Source: an uncultured Actinomycetota bacterium (GTDB taxonomy: Bacteria; Actinomycetota; Actinomycetes; JAHEKZ01). Taken from it: a stretch of 64,000 nucleotides of DNA. The position numbers were made by a program, and so were the translations under genes. The number at the start of each line of letters is the position of its first letter. Position 1 is the stretch's first letter. The DNA is taken from NCBI GenBank assembly GCA_963712425.1, contig CAVQHW010000004.1:216670-280669 (forward strand). Direction: 5' to 3'. The notes beneath the pieces are model-generated. The model was not told the DNA's origin and did no database searches. It worked only from the letters and a program-made list of their open reading frames with translations. This document shows, piece by piece, positions 50,297 to 62,488 of the stretch.

Positions 50297-51064
50297 CTAC
50301 GACCTCCGACCCTTCGCATCAAAGCCCTTCATGCGCTCCAGCACCCGGTCAGCCGTGGGTTCGAGCATCTCGTCGACGATCTTGCCGTCGGCCAAGAAGA
50401 TGACGCGGTGTGCGTGCGAGGCTGCCGTCGGATCGTGGGTCACCATCACGATGGTCTGCCCGTGCTGATCGGCGCTGTCGCGCAGGAACGACAGGATCTC
50501 GGCGCCTGCTCGAGAGTCGAGGTTTCCGGTGGGTTCGTCGGCGAACACGATCTCGGGTCGACTCACCAGCGCCCGCGCCGCAGCCACTCGCTGCTGCTGG
50601 CCACCCGAGAGCTGGCTCGGCCGGTTCTTGAGCCGATCGCGCAGGCCAACGGTGTCGATGATCAGGTCGAGCCACTCAGGTTCGGCCTTCTTGCCTGCGA
50701 TGTCGAGCGGCAGGGTGACGTTCTCGCGGGCGGTCAGAGTGGGGACGAGGTTGAACGCCTGAAAGATGAAGCCAACCCGGTCACGACGAAGCTTGGTGAG
50801 CGCAGTGTCGTTCAACGTCGTGAGTTCGGTGTCGCCGATGTAGGTGGTGCCAGAGGTCGCGTTGTCGAGGCCCGCGCACACGTGCATCAATGTCGACTTG
50901 CCAGAACCACTGGGGCCCATGATGGCGGTGAACTTGCCTTGCTCGAAGCTCACGCTCACACCATCGAGCGCTCGGACTTCGGCATCCCCTTCGCCGTAGA
51001 TCTTCGTGAGCCCTTCGGCGCGGGCGGCTGGTGACGTCGCTGTTGATGTTGTCGGAACTGACAT
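50297..51064 (-). CDS. ABC transporter ATP-binding protein (MacB-type ATPase partner)
   Basis: Walker A (GPSGSGKST), signature ([15 protein letters not shown]) and Walker B ([11 protein letters not shown]). ATG 51064. Confidence 0.88.
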   Translation of the reverse strand: MSVPTTSTATSPAARAEGLTKIYGEGDAEVRALDGVSVSFEQGKFTAIMGPSGSGKSTLMHVCAGLDNATSGTTYIGDTELTTLNDTALTKLRRDRVGFIFQAFNLVPTLTARENVTLPLDIAGKKAEPEWLDLIIDTVGLRDRLKNRPSQLSGGQQQRVAAARALVSRPEIVFADEPTGNLDSRAGAEILSFLRDSADQHGQTIVMVTHDPTAASHAHRVIFLADGKIVDEMLEPTADRVLERMKGFDAKGRRS

Positions 51065-51120
51065 GAAGCAATCCTCCTGAAGGTCGTGCAACACCCTAGA
51101 GGGGAGCGGTGTGCGGATGC

Positions 51121-52035
51121 TCAGGCATTTCCCTGAGTCGACCCTGATTCGTCAGCCGCCAACTCAGGGGATGCCGAGGGGGCCGGCGGAGTTGGCTCTG
51201 GGAGGTCAGGCGGCGTGCCACCCCACGCTGGGCACAGGTCTCGGTGTGAACACCAATCACACAGGCGGCTGGGGCTCGGTCGCCAGTCACCGCTCGCCAT
51301 CGCGCGGCTGATGGCTGCGGCAAGGGCACCAAGCTTTCGCTCCATCGCCACGAGGTCGCGCTCGTCAGGTTCGTAGCGAATGATCTGACCGTCGGTGAGG
51401 TACATCAGTTGCAGCAGAGCGGGGACTGTCCCATGCAGTCGCCACAAGGCCAGTGCGTAGAAGCGCATCTGGAACATCGCCTTCTGCTCGAAGTCGACGC
51501 GTGGAGACTTACCGGTCTTGTAGTCGACGACGCGCATGGCGCCATTGGGTGCCACGTCGAGGCGGTCGACGATGCCGCGAAGGACGAGGCCGTCTGCCAA
51601 GGTGACCGAGATCTCTAGTTCTCGATCGGCAGGCTCGAGGCGGGAAGGGTTCTCGAGCGAGAAGTAGGTGGCCAACAGCTGGTCGCACCCGTGGAGCCAC
51701 TCAGCTGCCAACGTGCCGTCGTCGTCGGCAAACACCTCAGCCAGTTGCTCGTCCTCTGTCAGCAGCGCTGCCCACGCCTCGGGCACGAGGGCGGTGGCTG
51801 CCTCGAGAGTGCGTGTGCCAGGAGGCAGATCGAACAACTGCTCAAGCACCGAGTGCACCAGGGTGCCTCGGGTGGCCGCAGGGCTCGGCTGCTCAGGGAG
51901 CCGGTCGATCACGCGGAACCGGTACAGCAACGGACACGTCATGAAGTCGCCAGCACGGGAGGGGCTCAGCGACACCAGCGGCACCGTGGATACCTCAGGC
52001 GGAGCGGGCGCCTCGGACGCTTCGGACAGTGACAT
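51121..52035 (-). CDS. PD-(D/E)XK (RecB/Cas4-like) nuclease-family protein with a C-terminal Cys cluster (Rv2119-like)
   Basis: 304 aa with the MTCPLLYRFRVIDRL N-terminal motif, a D...DYKTGK core and CDWCSHRDLC at the C-terminus. Confidence 0.7.
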   Translation of the reverse strand: MSLSEASEAPAPPEVSTVPLVSLSPSRAGDFMTCPLLYRFRVIDRLPEQPSPAATRGTLVHSVLEQLFDLPPGTRTLEAATALVPEAWAALLTEDEQLAEVFADDDGTLAAEWLHGCDQLLATYFSLENPSRLEPADRELEISVTLADGLVLRGIVDRLDVAPNGAMRVVDYKTGKSPRVDFEQKAMFQMRFYALALWRLHGTVPALLQLMYLTDGQIIRYEPDERDLVAMERKLGALAAAISRAMASGDWRPSPSRLCDWCSHRDLCPAWGGTPPDLPEPTPPAPSASPELAADESGSTQGNA

Positions 52036-52084
52036 AGCGGCAGCGTAGGCGTCCCCTCCGACAATGCCCCCGTAGAGTCATAGT

Positions 52085-53263
52085 GTGAGCCAGCCTGACG
52101 GCCCCAGTGGTCCCCAACCGGGGTCGAGGCCTCCCGCGACCGAGGCGCGTCCGTCGTCTGGGGTGTCGCTCGGTACCCCCTTCGGCGTCCCGCTGTGGCT
52201 CTCGTCGTCGTGGTTCATCGGTGCGGCAATCATCACGTGGTTGTTTGCGCCCGTTGCCGAGCGCTGGTTGCTCCTCGAAGCGCCTTGGTCGTGGGTCGTC
52301 GCGGCCTCGTTTGCTGTGCTGCTCGGTTTGTCAGTGGTTGCCCACGAGATGGCCCATGCCATCGCGGCCCAGCGCTTCGGTCTGAAGGTCAGGTCGATGA
52401 CCATCCACCTCCTTGGCGGAGTCACGCAGATGGATGCTGAGACCCGGCGTCCTTGGGTCGACTTCGTCATAGCCGGCGTCGGACCCCTCACCTCACTCGC
52501 TATCGCTGGGCTGTCGTGGGTGGCGCACCTCGCGGCCCCCGACGACACCGTCTTCGCGTTCGTGACGTGGCAACTCACCGCCGCAAACCTGATTGTTGGA
52601 ATCTTCAACTTGGTCCCGGCATTGCCACTCGACGGCGGGCGACTGCTGCGAGACGTCATCTGGGCAGCTTCAGGGCGAGAGAGCACCGGAACTCTGGTGG
52701 CCGGGTGGACGGGACGCGCCTTTGCCGTGCTGGTTGCCCTCAGCGCCGTGCTGCCGCTGCTGCTTGGCAGCACTGATGTGGTGTGGCTGGCGTGGGGTCT
52801 GTTGCTGGCTGGGTTCATCTGGTTCGAGGCAAGTCGCTCGCTGAAGGGCGCCAAGGCATCGTCAGCAATTTCCCGACTGGCGGTGTCATCCCTGATGCGA
52901 CCTGGGATCTACTACCCGCACGACACTCCGCTATCGATGGCGCTCACATCGACAACTGCGACAAATGAAACAACTGCTGGGCGCACCGCGATTCTGGTCA
53001 CCGACAGTGCGGGCAGGGTGATCGGCGTGGTCAACTCGGACGCCGCGTCAGCGGTACCGGTCGAACGACGCCCATGGGTCCCGATTTCCTCAGTCGCCTA
53101 CACGGTCGGGCCCGAGCAGCGAATTGATTACTGGTCGGGAGGCATGGATCTCATCGACGCCCTGAACGCATCGCCGTCGCCGGTACATCTTGTCTCTGAC
53201 GCCCAGGGCACCGTCTACGGTGTCCTCGTCACGGCCGACGTCGAGGCGTCGCTGGCCGGCTGA
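52085..53263 (+). CDS. Site-2 protease (M50) family membrane metalloprotease with a C-terminal CBS pair
   Basis: HEMAHAIAAQ (HExxH) in a TM segment, a LDGG motif (NLVPALPLDGGRLL) and two CBS-like repeats at the C-terminus. Confidence 0.78.
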   Translation: MSQPDGPSGPQPGSRPPATEARPSSGVSLGTPFGVPLWLSSSWFIGAAIITWLFAPVAERWLLLEAPWSWVVAASFAVLLGLSVVAHEMAHAIAAQRFGLKVRSMTIHLLGGVTQMDAETRRPWVDFVIAGVGPLTSLAIAGLSWVAHLAAPDDTVFAFVTWQLTAANLIVGIFNLVPALPLDGGRLLRDVIWAASGRESTGTLVAGWTGRAFAVLVALSAVLPLLLGSTDVVWLAWGLLLAGFIWFEASRSLKGAKASSAISRLAVSSLMRPGIYYPHDTPLSMALTSTTATNETTAGRTAILVTDSAGRVIGVVNSDAASAVPVERRPWVPISSVAYTVGPEQRIDYWSGGMDLIDALNASPSPVHLVSDAQGTVYGVLVTADVEASLAG

Positions 53264-53313
53264 ACACTCGAGCCCATCAGTGCTCCGCGCCAACGCCATT
53301 CCTAGAGGAGTAG

Positions 53314-54273
<960 letters not shown>

Positions 54274-54316
54274 GGTCGAAGGCGTCCTTACTGGACGCGC
54301 TGGACGGAGGTGCGCC

Positions 54317-55969
54317 ATGCCGCACGACGGACCCGAGGCTCGCATGAGTGCGCCCGATATCAGCGACCTGCGTCGCGAACTCGCCGCCCTTCAAGAGCGC
54401 AACACCCGACTGACTGCCACGCTGCACGAGGCGCGCAATCAGATCGTCGCGATGAAGGAAGAGATCGATCGACTGGCGCAGCCGCCTGCTGGCTACGGGC
54501 TGTTCCTCGAGGCCTTCGATGACGACACCGTCGATGTCTTCACCAGTGGTCGCAAGCTCCGCGTTGCTGTCAGCCCGGACGTAGAACGTGATGACTTGCA
54601 GCGCGGCCGCGAGGTCATGCTGAACGAAGCGATGAACGTCGTACGCGTCATGGGCTTTGAGCAGGTCGGCGAAGTCGTGATGTTCAAAGAACTGCTTGCC
54701 GACGGCAAACGCGCGCTCGTCATTGGGCACACTGACGACGAGCGGATCGTGCGTCTTGCCGAAACGTTGGTCGACGTCCAGATCCGCGCGGGCGACTCGC
54801 TGATGCTCGAACCGCGGTCGGGATACGTCTTCGAGAAGATCCCGAAGGCCGAAGTCGAGGAACTAGTCCTCGAAGAGGTTCCCGATATCGACTACGCCAA
54901 CATCGGGGGTCTCGCCGGTCAGATCGAACTGATTCGTGACGCCGTCGAGCTTCCGTACGTCCATCAAGACCTGTTCCGCGAGCACGACCTGCGCCCACCC
55001 AAAGGAATCCTCTTGTATGGACCTCCTGGGTGTGGCAAGACCCTGATTGCCAAGGCGGTCGCCAATTCGCTGGCCAAGAAGGTGGCCGAGGTCACCGGAC
55101 GCCCCGAAGGCAAGTCGTTCTTCTTGAACATCAAGGGCCCAGAACTGCTCAACAAGTACGTCGGAGAGACCGAGCGTCACATTCGGTTGGTCTTCCAGCG
55201 TGCTCGTGAGAAGGCCGGCGAGGGAGTGCCGGTCATCGTGTTCTTCGATGAGATGGACTCCTTGTTCCGCACCCGAGGGTCGGGAGTGAGTTCAGACGTC
55301 GAAAACACGATCGTGCCTCAGCTGCTCAGTGAGATCGATGGTGTCGAGGGGCTCGAGAACGTCATCGTCATTGGTGCTTCGAACCGTGAGGACATGATTG
55401 ATCCGGCCATCCTGCGTCCGGGCCGCCTTGACGTGAAGATCAAGATCGAGCGACCGGACGCCGAAGCTGCGCGCGACATCTTCACCAAGTACTTGTACCC
55501 CGAGTTGCCGCTTCATGCCGACGATGTGGCCGAGCACGGTGGCGACAGGGCAGCAACGGCAGCGGCGATGATCCAGCGAGCCGTCGAGCGCATGTACACC
55601 GAGACCGAGGACAACCGGTTCCTTGAGGTGACGTATGCAAATGGCGACAAAGAAGTTCTCTACTTCAAGGACTTCAACTCTGGCGCCATGATCGAGAACA
55701 TCGTCGCGCGTGCCAAGAAGTACGCGATCAAGGACTTTCTCGAGCTCGGTTCGAAGGGCATTCGCGTTCAGCACCTGCTGACGGCCTGTGTCGACGAGTT
55801 CAAAGAGAACGAAGACCTTCCGAACACCACCAACCCAGACGACTGGGCTCGTATCAGCGGCAAGAAGGGTGAGCGCATCGTCTTCATCCGCACCCTGGTG
55901 CAGGGCAAGCAAGGTACTGAGGCTGGGCGTTCTATTGAATCGGTCGCCAACACTGGGCAGTACCTGTAG
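54317..55969 (+). CDS. arc: Proteasome-associated AAA ATPase ARC/Mpa
   Basis: Near-collinear with Mpa (coiled coil, OB domains, Walker A GPPGCGKT, Walker [12 protein letters not shown]-terminal GQYL). Alternative starts at 54215 and 54344. Confidence 0.9.
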   Translation: MPHDGPEARMSAPDISDLRRELAALQERNTRLTATLHEARNQIVAMKEEIDRLAQPPAGYGLFLEAFDDDTVDVFTSGRKLRVAVSPDVERDDLQRGREVMLNEAMNVVRVMGFEQVGEVVMFKELLADGKRALVIGHTDDERIVRLAETLVDVQIRAGDSLMLEPRSGYVFEKIPKAEVEELVLEEVPDIDYANIGGLAGQIELIRDAVELPYVHQDLFREHDLRPPKGILLYGPPGCGKTLIAKAVANSLAKKVAEVTGRPEGKSFFLNIKGPELLNKYVGETERHIRLVFQRAREKAGEGVPVIVFFDEMDSLFRTRGSGVSSDVENTIVPQLLSEIDGVEGLENVIVIGASNREDMIDPAILRPGRLDVKIKIERPDAEAARDIFTKYLYPELPLHADDVAEHGGDRAATAAAMIQRAVERMYTETEDNRFLEVTYANGDKEVLYFKDFNSGAMIENIVARAKKYAIKDFLELGSKGIRVQHLLTACVDEFKENEDLPNTTNPDDWARISGKKGERIVFIRTLVQGKQGTEAGRSIESVANTGQYL

Positions 55970-55998
55970 CTGAGGCCGCTGGAGCCTAGGCTGTCAAC

Positions 55999-57558
55999 GT
56001 GCCAAGTGAGCGCGCCAAGGGCGCTGATGATGCGCTGGGTCTAACGCCCGGCAGCGTTGTCAGGGTGATGGGGATCGAAACCGAGTACGGCATCGCCGTG
56101 CCGGGGGATCCGCACGTCAACCCCGTGTTGATCAGCTCTCAGGTGGTCAACGGCTATGCCACGGGCGAGCCCGGCCTGTCTCATGCCCGCTGGGACTACG
56201 AGGAAGAGAATCCGCTTCGCGACGCACGCGGCTTCACGATGGCTCGAGACGTCGCCGACGCCAGCCAACTCACTGACGACGACGTTGGCCTTGCGAACGT
56301 CATCTTGACCAACGGCGCGCGGCTGTACGTTGACCATGCTCACCCCGAGTACTCGAGCCCCGAAGTCACCTCACCACGCGATGTGCTGACGTGGGACAAG
56401 GCCGGTGAGCACGTGATGGCAACCGCTGCCGAACGCGCCGCGTCAATCCCCGGTGCCGCCCGCATCAACTTGTACAAGAACAACACCGACAACAAGGGCG
56501 CGTCCTATGGGACGCACGAGAACTACTTGATGAGGCGTAGTACGCCGTTCCCTGAGATCGTGCGTCACCTCACCCCGTTCTTCGTCTCCCGGCAAGTCAT
56601 CTGTGGCCAAGGTCGCGTCGGGCTCGGGCAACAAGGTCACGACGCCGGCTTCCAGGTCAGTCAAAGAGCGGACTTCTTCGAGGTTGAGGTGGGGCTTGAG
56701 ACGACGCTAAAGCGGCCCATCATCAACACTCGCGACGAACCTCACGCTGACGCCGACAAGTACCGCAGGCTGCACGTGATCATCGGTGACGCCAATCTCG
56801 CCGAGGTTGCCGGATTCCTGAAAGTTGGGACGACTTCTCTGGTCCTTGCGATGATCGAAGACGGATTTCTCGGAGATGACCTGTCAGTTCAGCGGCCGGT
56901 TCATGAACTTCACGAGGTGTCGCACGACCCAGACCTACGTCATCTGATCTCGCTTCGCGACGGGCGCACGATTACCGCAATTGAGCTGCAGCGTGAGTAC
57001 TGCGATCAGGCGCACAAGTACGTCGAGGACCGCATGGGAAGCGCGGTCGACGCGGATACCTCCGAAGTTCTTCAGCGGTGGTCACAGGTGCTCGACGACC
57101 TCTCCGACGATCCGAGCACGCTCGCCGGGCAGCTTGACTGGGTAGCTAAGCGCCAAATCCTCGAGGGCTACCGCTCGCGTGATGGCCTGGATTGGTCAGA
57201 TGCTCGGTTGCAGCTTGTCGACTTGCAGTACTCCGATGTGCGTCCGGACAAGGGTCTCTATTACCGCCTGTTGGCAACCGGTCGCATGGAGCGAGTGGTG
57301 TCAGAGCAGCAGATCCTCGATGCCGTGCACACGCCACCGGTCGATACCCGCGCGTGGTTCCGCGGTGAATGTGTGCGCCGCTACGGGTCGCATGTGGCGG
57401 CCGCCTCGTGGGACTCGGTCATCTTCGACGTGCCAGGACGCGTCTCGCTGCAGCGGGTCCCGATGCTGGAGCCACTCCGTGGAACGCAGTACCACGTCGG
57501 TGACCTCCTCGACCGCTGTGAGAGCGCCGCAGAACTGGTCGACGCCCTGACCTCCTGA
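55999..57558 (+). CDS. dop: Depupylase/deamidase Dop
   Basis: Collinear with M. tuberculosis Dop ([10 protein letters not shown]..., [37 protein letters not shown], the Dop-specific insertion and a C-terminal ELV). The true start may be ATG 56068. Confidence 0.88.
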   Translation: MPSERAKGADDALGLTPGSVVRVMGIETEYGIAVPGDPHVNPVLISSQVVNGYATGEPGLSHARWDYEEENPLRDARGFTMARDVADASQLTDDDVGLANVILTNGARLYVDHAHPEYSSPEVTSPRDVLTWDKAGEHVMATAAERAASIPGAARINLYKNNTDNKGASYGTHENYLMRRSTPFPEIVRHLTPFFVSRQVICGQGRVGLGQQGHDAGFQVSQRADFFEVEVGLETTLKRPIINTRDEPHADADKYRRLHVIIGDANLAEVAGFLKVGTTSLVLAMIEDGFLGDDLSVQRPVHELHEVSHDPDLRHLISLRDGRTITAIELQREYCDQAHKYVEDRMGSAVDADTSEVLQRWSQVLDDLSDDPSTLAGQLDWVAKRQILEGYRSRDGLDWSDARLQLVDLQYSDVRPDKGLYYRLLATGRMERVVSEQQILDAVHTPPVDTRAWFRGECVRRYGSHVAAASWDSVIFDVPGRVSLQRVPMLEPLRGTQYHVGDLLDRCESAAELVDALTS

Positions 57559-57640
57559 GATTTCCGAGTACCCAGGAACCGAGAACTCTGAGAACCCTGA
57601 GTCGGTCTTGGTGGGTTCAGTACGCGCCCTAACCGGTCGA

Positions 57641-57656
57641 TCCGACTAGGGTCGGA
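57641..57656 (+). promoter_or_regulatory. Short hairpin (TCCGAC-TAGG-GTCGGA) in the dop-pup intergenic region, 20 nt upstream of the pup ribosome-binding site
   Basis: A 6-bp inverted repeat with a 4-nt loop. It is followed by GGGAAAGGTGGG (RBS) and the pup ATG at 57677. Confidence 0.3.
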
Positions 57657-57676
57657 CGCGAGGGAAAGGTGGGCTC

Positions 57677-57883
57677 ATGAGCGCACAGGAATCCGATGGG
57701 CAGAAGCACGCAGAGAAGCGGCCAGAAGAGGTCGAGGATGCGCCCGTCGAGCAAAGCGATGTGGCTGAACGCCACGAGGCGCTGAGCGAAGATGTCGATG
57801 CCATTCTCGATGAGATCGACGAGGTGCTCGAAGAGAACGCAGAAGAGTTCGTGAGGGCTTTCGTTCAGAAGGGCGGGGAGTAG
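57677..57883 (+). CDS. pup: Prokaryotic ubiquitin-like protein Pup ending -GGE
   Basis: 68 aa, acidic and disordered, with a C-terminal helix region ([31 protein letters not shown]). Confidence 0.9.
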   Translation: MSAQESDGQKHAEKRPEEVEDAPVEQSDVAERHEALSEDVDAILDEIDEVLEENAEEFVRAFVQKGGE

Positions 57884-57887
57884 CAGC

Positions 57888-58745
57888 GTGACGCCAACGC
57901 ACCACTCATCGTTGCCAGGCGGAGCATTGCCTGCGGCGTTCCTGAGGACCGGCAGCGCCTCGTTCGCTGACTTTCTTGCCGACCACGCACCTGCATTGAT
58001 CCCTGGGGCAACGCCATCGCATGCGATGCGGACCACTGAACTCGAAGCACCACATGGCACCACGATCGTGTCGCTCACCTATGACGGTGGGGTCGTCATG
58101 GCGGGTGACCGTCGCGCCACGATGGGCAACATCATCGCGCAACGCGATATCGAGAAGGTCTATCCAGCAGACGAATACAGCGCTGTAGGCATCGCCGGCA
58201 CTGCTGGCTTGGCGATCGAGTTGGTGCGCCTCCTTCAGGTCGAGCTCGAGCACTACGAGAAGATCGAAGGCACGACGCTGTCGTTGACAGGCAAGGCGAA
58301 CAGACTTGCCACCATGATCCGAGGCAACCTCGGTATGGCGATGCAGGGTCTGGCAGTTGTGCCACTGTTCGCAGGGTTCGACCACGAAATCTCACAGGGT
58401 CGCATTTTCAGCTACGACGTCACCGGCGGTCGGTACGAAGAACACTCCTTCCACGCCGTTGGCTCTGGCGGCTTCTTCGCGCGGGGGTCGTTGAAGAAGC
58501 TCTATCGCGATCGCATGTCAGAACCGGACGCAGTAATGGCGGCAGCACAGGGGCTCTACGACGCCGCAGACGATGACTCGGCCACCGGCGGGCCTGATCT
58601 GATGCGCGGGATCTTTCCCGTGGTGTCGGTCGTGTCGGCCGACGGCTACCGACGCCTCCCAGACGATGAGGTTGGCGAGGTGGTTCAGCGCCTGGTAGCT
58701 GCCAGGGCCGAACGCCCCGATGGCCCGGCGGCCCCGCTGACGTAG
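57888..58745 (+). CDS. prcB: Proteasome beta subunit PrcB
   Basis: A propeptide is followed by the active-site Thr (HGTTIVSL). GTG start 4 nt after the pup stop. Confidence 0.88.
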   Translation: MTPTHHSSLPGGALPAAFLRTGSASFADFLADHAPALIPGATPSHAMRTTELEAPHGTTIVSLTYDGGVVMAGDRRATMGNIIAQRDIEKVYPADEYSAVGIAGTAGLAIELVRLLQVELEHYEKIEGTTLSLTGKANRLATMIRGNLGMAMQGLAVVPLFAGFDHEISQGRIFSYDVTGGRYEEHSFHAVGSGGFFARGSLKKLYRDRMSEPDAVMAAAQGLYDAADDDSATGGPDLMRGIFPVVSVVSADGYRRLPDDEVGEVVQRLVAARAERPDGPAAPLT

Positions 58746-58793
58746 TACTCGAGGTGAGTTCCCCGTCACCGCCCAGACCCGAGAGGAAACCCC

Positions 58794-59507
58794 GTGTCGG
58801 TCCCGTTCTACGTCTCGCCCGAGCAGATCATCAAGGACAAGGCGGACTACGCACGCAAAGGCATCGCGCGTGGTCGGTCGGTAGCTGTCCTGCAGTATCG
58901 AGACGGCATCGTGTTCGTTGCTGAGAACCCGTCTCGCGCCCTGCACAAAGTCAGCGAGATCTACGACCGGATCGCCTTCGCCGCAGTCGGCAAGTACAAC
59001 GAGTTCGAGAATCTGCGAGTGGCGGGAATTCGGCTTGCCGACCTGCGGGGCTATTCATTCGACCGTCGCGACGTGACGGTGCGAAACCTTGCCAATGCGT
59101 ACGCGCAGACGTTGGGCACCATTTTCACCGAGACGTCCAAGCCCTATGAGGTCGAGATCGTCGTGGCCGAGGTCGGCGAGGTTGCCGACGACGACCAGAT
59201 GTACCGGCTCACCTTCGACGGCTCGGTCGCCGATGAGCACGGCTACGTGGTCATGGGAGGTTCGGCCGACACGATCAGCGCAGCACTCGAAGACCGCTAC
59301 ACCGAAGGGCTCGACCTCGCTGCCGCCATCGCTGTTGCAATTGACGGGTTGTCAAACGATGGAGCAGCGGCCGGCGAAGAGTCTCGACAGCTGACGCCGG
59401 CGGCTCTCGAGGTGGCGGTACTTGACCGCACCCGCACACAGACCCGCAAGTTCAGGCGCCTTTCGGGTGACCGCTTGACTGAGCTCTTGGCGAGTAGTGG
59501 TGCGTAG
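58794..59507 (+). CDS. prcA: Proteasome alpha subunit PrcA
   Basis: 237 aa with proteasome alpha-type motifs ([22 protein letters not shown]). Confidence 0.88.
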   Translation: MSVPFYVSPEQIIKDKADYARKGIARGRSVAVLQYRDGIVFVAENPSRALHKVSEIYDRIAFAAVGKYNEFENLRVAGIRLADLRGYSFDRRDVTVRNLANAYAQTLGTIFTETSKPYEVEIVVAEVGEVADDDQMYRLTFDGSVADEHGYVVMGGSADTISAALEDRYTEGLDLAAAIAVAIDGLSNDGAAAGEESRQLTPAALEVAVLDRTRTQTRKFRRLSGDRLTELLASSGA

Positions 59508-59509
59508 CA

Positions 59510-60871
59510 ATGGACCGACGCATCTTCGGCATCGAGACTGAGTACGGGGTTACCTGTACCTTCCGAGGCCAGCGTCGGCTTTCTCCCGATGAAGTAGCTC
59601 GATACCTGTTCCGCCGCGTGGTGTCGTGGGGACGCAGTAGCAATGTGTTCCTGCGAAACGGTGCCCGGCTCTATCTCGATGTTGGCTCACACCCCGAGTA
59701 CGCGACCCCCGAGTGCGATTCGCTCATCGAACTCATTTCGCATGACCGTGCTGGCGAACGAATTCTCGAGGGCCTTCTTATCGACGCCGAACGGCGACTC
59801 CACGAAGAGGGCATCGCTGGCGACGTCTACTTGTTCAAGAACAACACCGACTCTGCTGGCAACTCGTACGGCTGCCATGAGAACTACTTGGTCTCTCGAC
59901 AGGGTGACTTCGGCAAGGTTGCCGACGTCTTGATTCCTTTCCTAGTCACCCGGCAGCTCATCACCGGGGCTGGCAAGGTGTTGCAGACACCGCGCGGTTC
60001 GGTCTTCTGTTTGAGCCAACGCGCGGAGCACATCTGGGAAGGCGTCTCGTCGGCAACGACACGGTCAAGGCCCATCATCAACACCCGCGACGAGCCACAT
60101 GCAGATGCCGAGAAGTACCGAAGGCTTCACGTCATTGTCGGCGACTCCAACCTCGCCCAACCCACGACCTTGCTCAAGGTGGGCGCTACCGATCTCGTTC
60201 TGCGCATGATCGAGAATGGCGTGGTACTTCGTGACCTCTCCCTCGAGAACCCCATTCGCGCCATCCGCGAGATCAGTCACGATCCCACCGGACGCCGCCT
60301 GGTGCGACTCGTCAACGGGCGAGAATTGTCAGCGCTGCAGATTCAGTCGGAGTACTACGAGAAGGCCAGGGCCTTTGCCGAGCGTCGTGGGCTCGATGAC
60401 CCCGTGACAACGCGCGTTCTCGACCTGTGGCAACGGGTGCTCACGGCCGTCGAGACAGGTGATCTCGCGTCCGTCGGTCGTGAGATCGACTGGGTGGCGA
60501 AGTATCAGATGATCGAGCGGTACCGCGCCAAGCACGATGTGTCCCTCGGGTCAGCGAGAGTGGCTCAACTCGACCTGGCGTATCACGACATTCGCCGCGA
60601 CCGCGGGCTGTTCTACCTGATGGAGCGCAGGGGGCTCATGGACCAGGTCGTCTCAGAGCTCAGCACCTTTGAGGCCAAGGGCCGACCGCCACAAACCACC
60701 CGCGCCCGGCTGCGTGGGGCTTTCATCCGCCGTGCGCAAGAGAAGCGCCGAGACTTCACCGTCGACTGGGTGCACTTGAAGCTCAACGACCAGGCACAGC
60801 GCACCGTTCTCTGCAAAGACCCTTTCAAGGCCTTCGATGACCGAGTCGACCGCCTGATCGAGAGCATGTAG
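59510..60871 (+). CDS. pafA: Pup-protein ligase PafA
   Basis: Collinear with PafA ([13 protein letters not shown]..., [19 protein letters not shown]) and lacking the Dop insertion. The ATG lies 3 nt after the prcA stop. Confidence 0.9.
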   Translation: MDRRIFGIETEYGVTCTFRGQRRLSPDEVARYLFRRVVSWGRSSNVFLRNGARLYLDVGSHPEYATPECDSLIELISHDRAGERILEGLLIDAERRLHEEGIAGDVYLFKNNTDSAGNSYGCHENYLVSRQGDFGKVADVLIPFLVTRQLITGAGKVLQTPRGSVFCLSQRAEHIWEGVSSATTRSRPIINTRDEPHADAEKYRRLHVIVGDSNLAQPTTLLKVGATDLVLRMIENGVVLRDLSLENPIRAIREISHDPTGRRLVRLVNGRELSALQIQSEYYEKARAFAERRGLDDPVTTRVLDLWQRVLTAVETGDLASVGREIDWVAKYQMIERYRAKHDVSLGSARVAQLDLAYHDIRRDRGLFYLMERRGLMDQVVSELSTFEAKGRPPQTTRARLRGAFIRRAQEKRRDFTVDWVHLKLNDQAQRTVLCKDPFKAFDDRVDRLIESM

Positions 60872-61002
60872 CGAGCCGAGCGGGTTATAGCCTGTCGCGC
60901 TGGGTCTCTCATTGGGTCTCACGGCGGGGCGGAACCGCAGGGGCGTCAGGGACGTCTACCCTTAGGAGTCCTGCCATCGCATCCGGCAGGGCTTCCCTGT
61001 CA

Positions 61003-62037
61003 ATGACTGGTCATTCGAGGAGTTCTGTGTCTGCCCGCATCCGCCGCGCCAGTGCCATTACTGCGGTATCGCTCGCTCTCATCATCGGACTCGCCTCGTG
61101 TGGCGACGACCCCGAGTCGACGAGTGCGTCAACCGAACCCTCGGTGTCACCCTCTGACAGCGCGTCGCCCTCACCGTCAGAGTCTTCGGCAAAGCCAGCC
61201 GCCGACGGCGAGCTCCCGACGGTCAAGGGCGGTTTCGGCGAAGCGCCGACCATCACCGTGCCAGATTCTGAGCCACCGTCCGAGCTGGTTGTCGAAACCC
61301 TCAGCGAGGGTGACGGGGCAACGGTGAACTCCGGCGACGTGATCGTCGTCAACTATCTCGGAGTGCGGTGGGAGAACGGCGAGACGTTCGACTCATCGTT
61401 CGACCGTGGCCCGGCCGGGTTCAGCATCGGTACCGGGGCAGTCATTCCGGGCTGGGACACCGGGCTGGTCGACACGACAGTTGGCAGCCGAGTGATGTTG
61501 GTCGTGCCTCCAGATCAGGGCTATGGGGACAGCCCTCCCGGGGAACCAATTCAGGCAGGCGACACCCTCGTCTTCGTCGTCGACATTCTCGGTGTTCACT
61601 CACCTGACGAGGCGGCTAAGGGTGAGCCTGCGCCGACCGAGGACGACAGCCTTCCGTACGTGTCGATCTCACCCAGGGCTCCCGAAATGGTGATGCCCCC
61701 TGGTGACCCGACCAATCGATTGATCGCGATTCCAGTAGTCGTCGGAGACGGACCTACGGTCAAGAAGGGCGACACGATCGTCGTGCAGTACAAGGGCGTG
61801 GTGTGGCGGACGGGCAAAGAGTTCGACTCGTCATGGAGCCGTGACGCGCCCTACACCGTGGCGATCGGTACTGGCGCTGTGATCCCAGGCTGGGACAAGG
61901 GTCTCGTCGGACAGACGGTCGGTAGCCGAGTCATGTTGGTCATTCCGCCAAAGGACGGCTACGGATCGGCCGGGCAAGGGCCCATCAAGGGCACTGACAC
62001 GATGGTCTTCGCCGTTGACATTCTGGGTGCCTACTAG
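61003..62037 (+). CDS. Lipoprotein with two tandem FKBP-type peptidyl-prolyl cis-trans isomerase domains
   Basis: Lipobox LIIGLASCG, a Ser/Pro-rich linker, then two FKBP domains (VVNYLGVRWENGETFDSSFDRG...; VVQYKGVVWRTGKEFDSSWSRD...). Confidence 0.82.
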   Translation: MTGHSRSSVSARIRRASAITAVSLALIIGLASCGDDPESTSASTEPSVSPSDSASPSPSESSAKPAADGELPTVKGGFGEAPTITVPDSEPPSELVVETLSEGDGATVNSGDVIVVNYLGVRWENGETFDSSFDRGPAGFSIGTGAVIPGWDTGLVDTTVGSRVMLVVPPDQGYGDSPPGEPIQAGDTLVFVVDILGVHSPDEAAKGEPAPTEDDSLPYVSISPRAPEMVMPPGDPTNRLIAIPVVVGDGPTVKKGDTIVVQYKGVVWRTGKEFDSSWSRDAPYTVAIGTGAVIPGWDKGLVGQTVGSRVMLVIPPKDGYGSAGQGPIKGTDTMVFAVDILGAY

Positions 62038-62106
62038 TCGACGCAGGTAGACCCCAATACCCGCTGTTGCTGGCTAACGCCAGACATCCATGGCTAAGGA
62101 GCCTTC

Positions 62107-62469
62107 ATGACTGACAAGCCCGAGATCGACTTTCCAGGCGGCCCGGCCCCCGACGAGCTCGTGATTAGCGACATCACGGTGGGCGAAGGCAACGAGGCCA
62201 CCCCAGGTGCCACGGTCACCGTCCACTACGTCGGCGTCGAGTACGACTCCGGGGAAGAGTTCGACTCGTCGTGGAACCGCGGTGAGCCGATCGCTTTTCC
62301 GCTGGGGAATCTGATCAAGGGCTGGCAAGAGGGCATTCCTGGAATGAAGGTCGGTGGACGCCGTCAGCTGGTGTGCCCGCCAGCACTGGCCTATGGGCCT
62401 GAGGGCGGTGGCCACCGCCTGTCGGGGCAGACCCTGATCTTCATGATCGATCTGCTCGACGTTGGCTGA
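62107..62469 (+). CDS. FKBP-type peptidyl-prolyl cis-trans isomerase (single domain, cytoplasmic)
   Basis: 120 aa FKBP domain (VTVHYVGVEYDSGEEFDSSWNRGEPIAFPLGNLIKGWQEGIPGMKVGGRRQLVCPP). Confidence 0.85.
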   Translation: MTDKPEIDFPGGPAPDELVISDITVGEGNEATPGATVTVHYVGVEYDSGEEFDSSWNRGEPIAFPLGNLIKGWQEGIPGMKVGGRRQLVCPPALAYGPEGGGHRLSGQTLIFMIDLLDVG

Positions 62470-62488
62470 TCGACCTTCTGCTTGAGCC

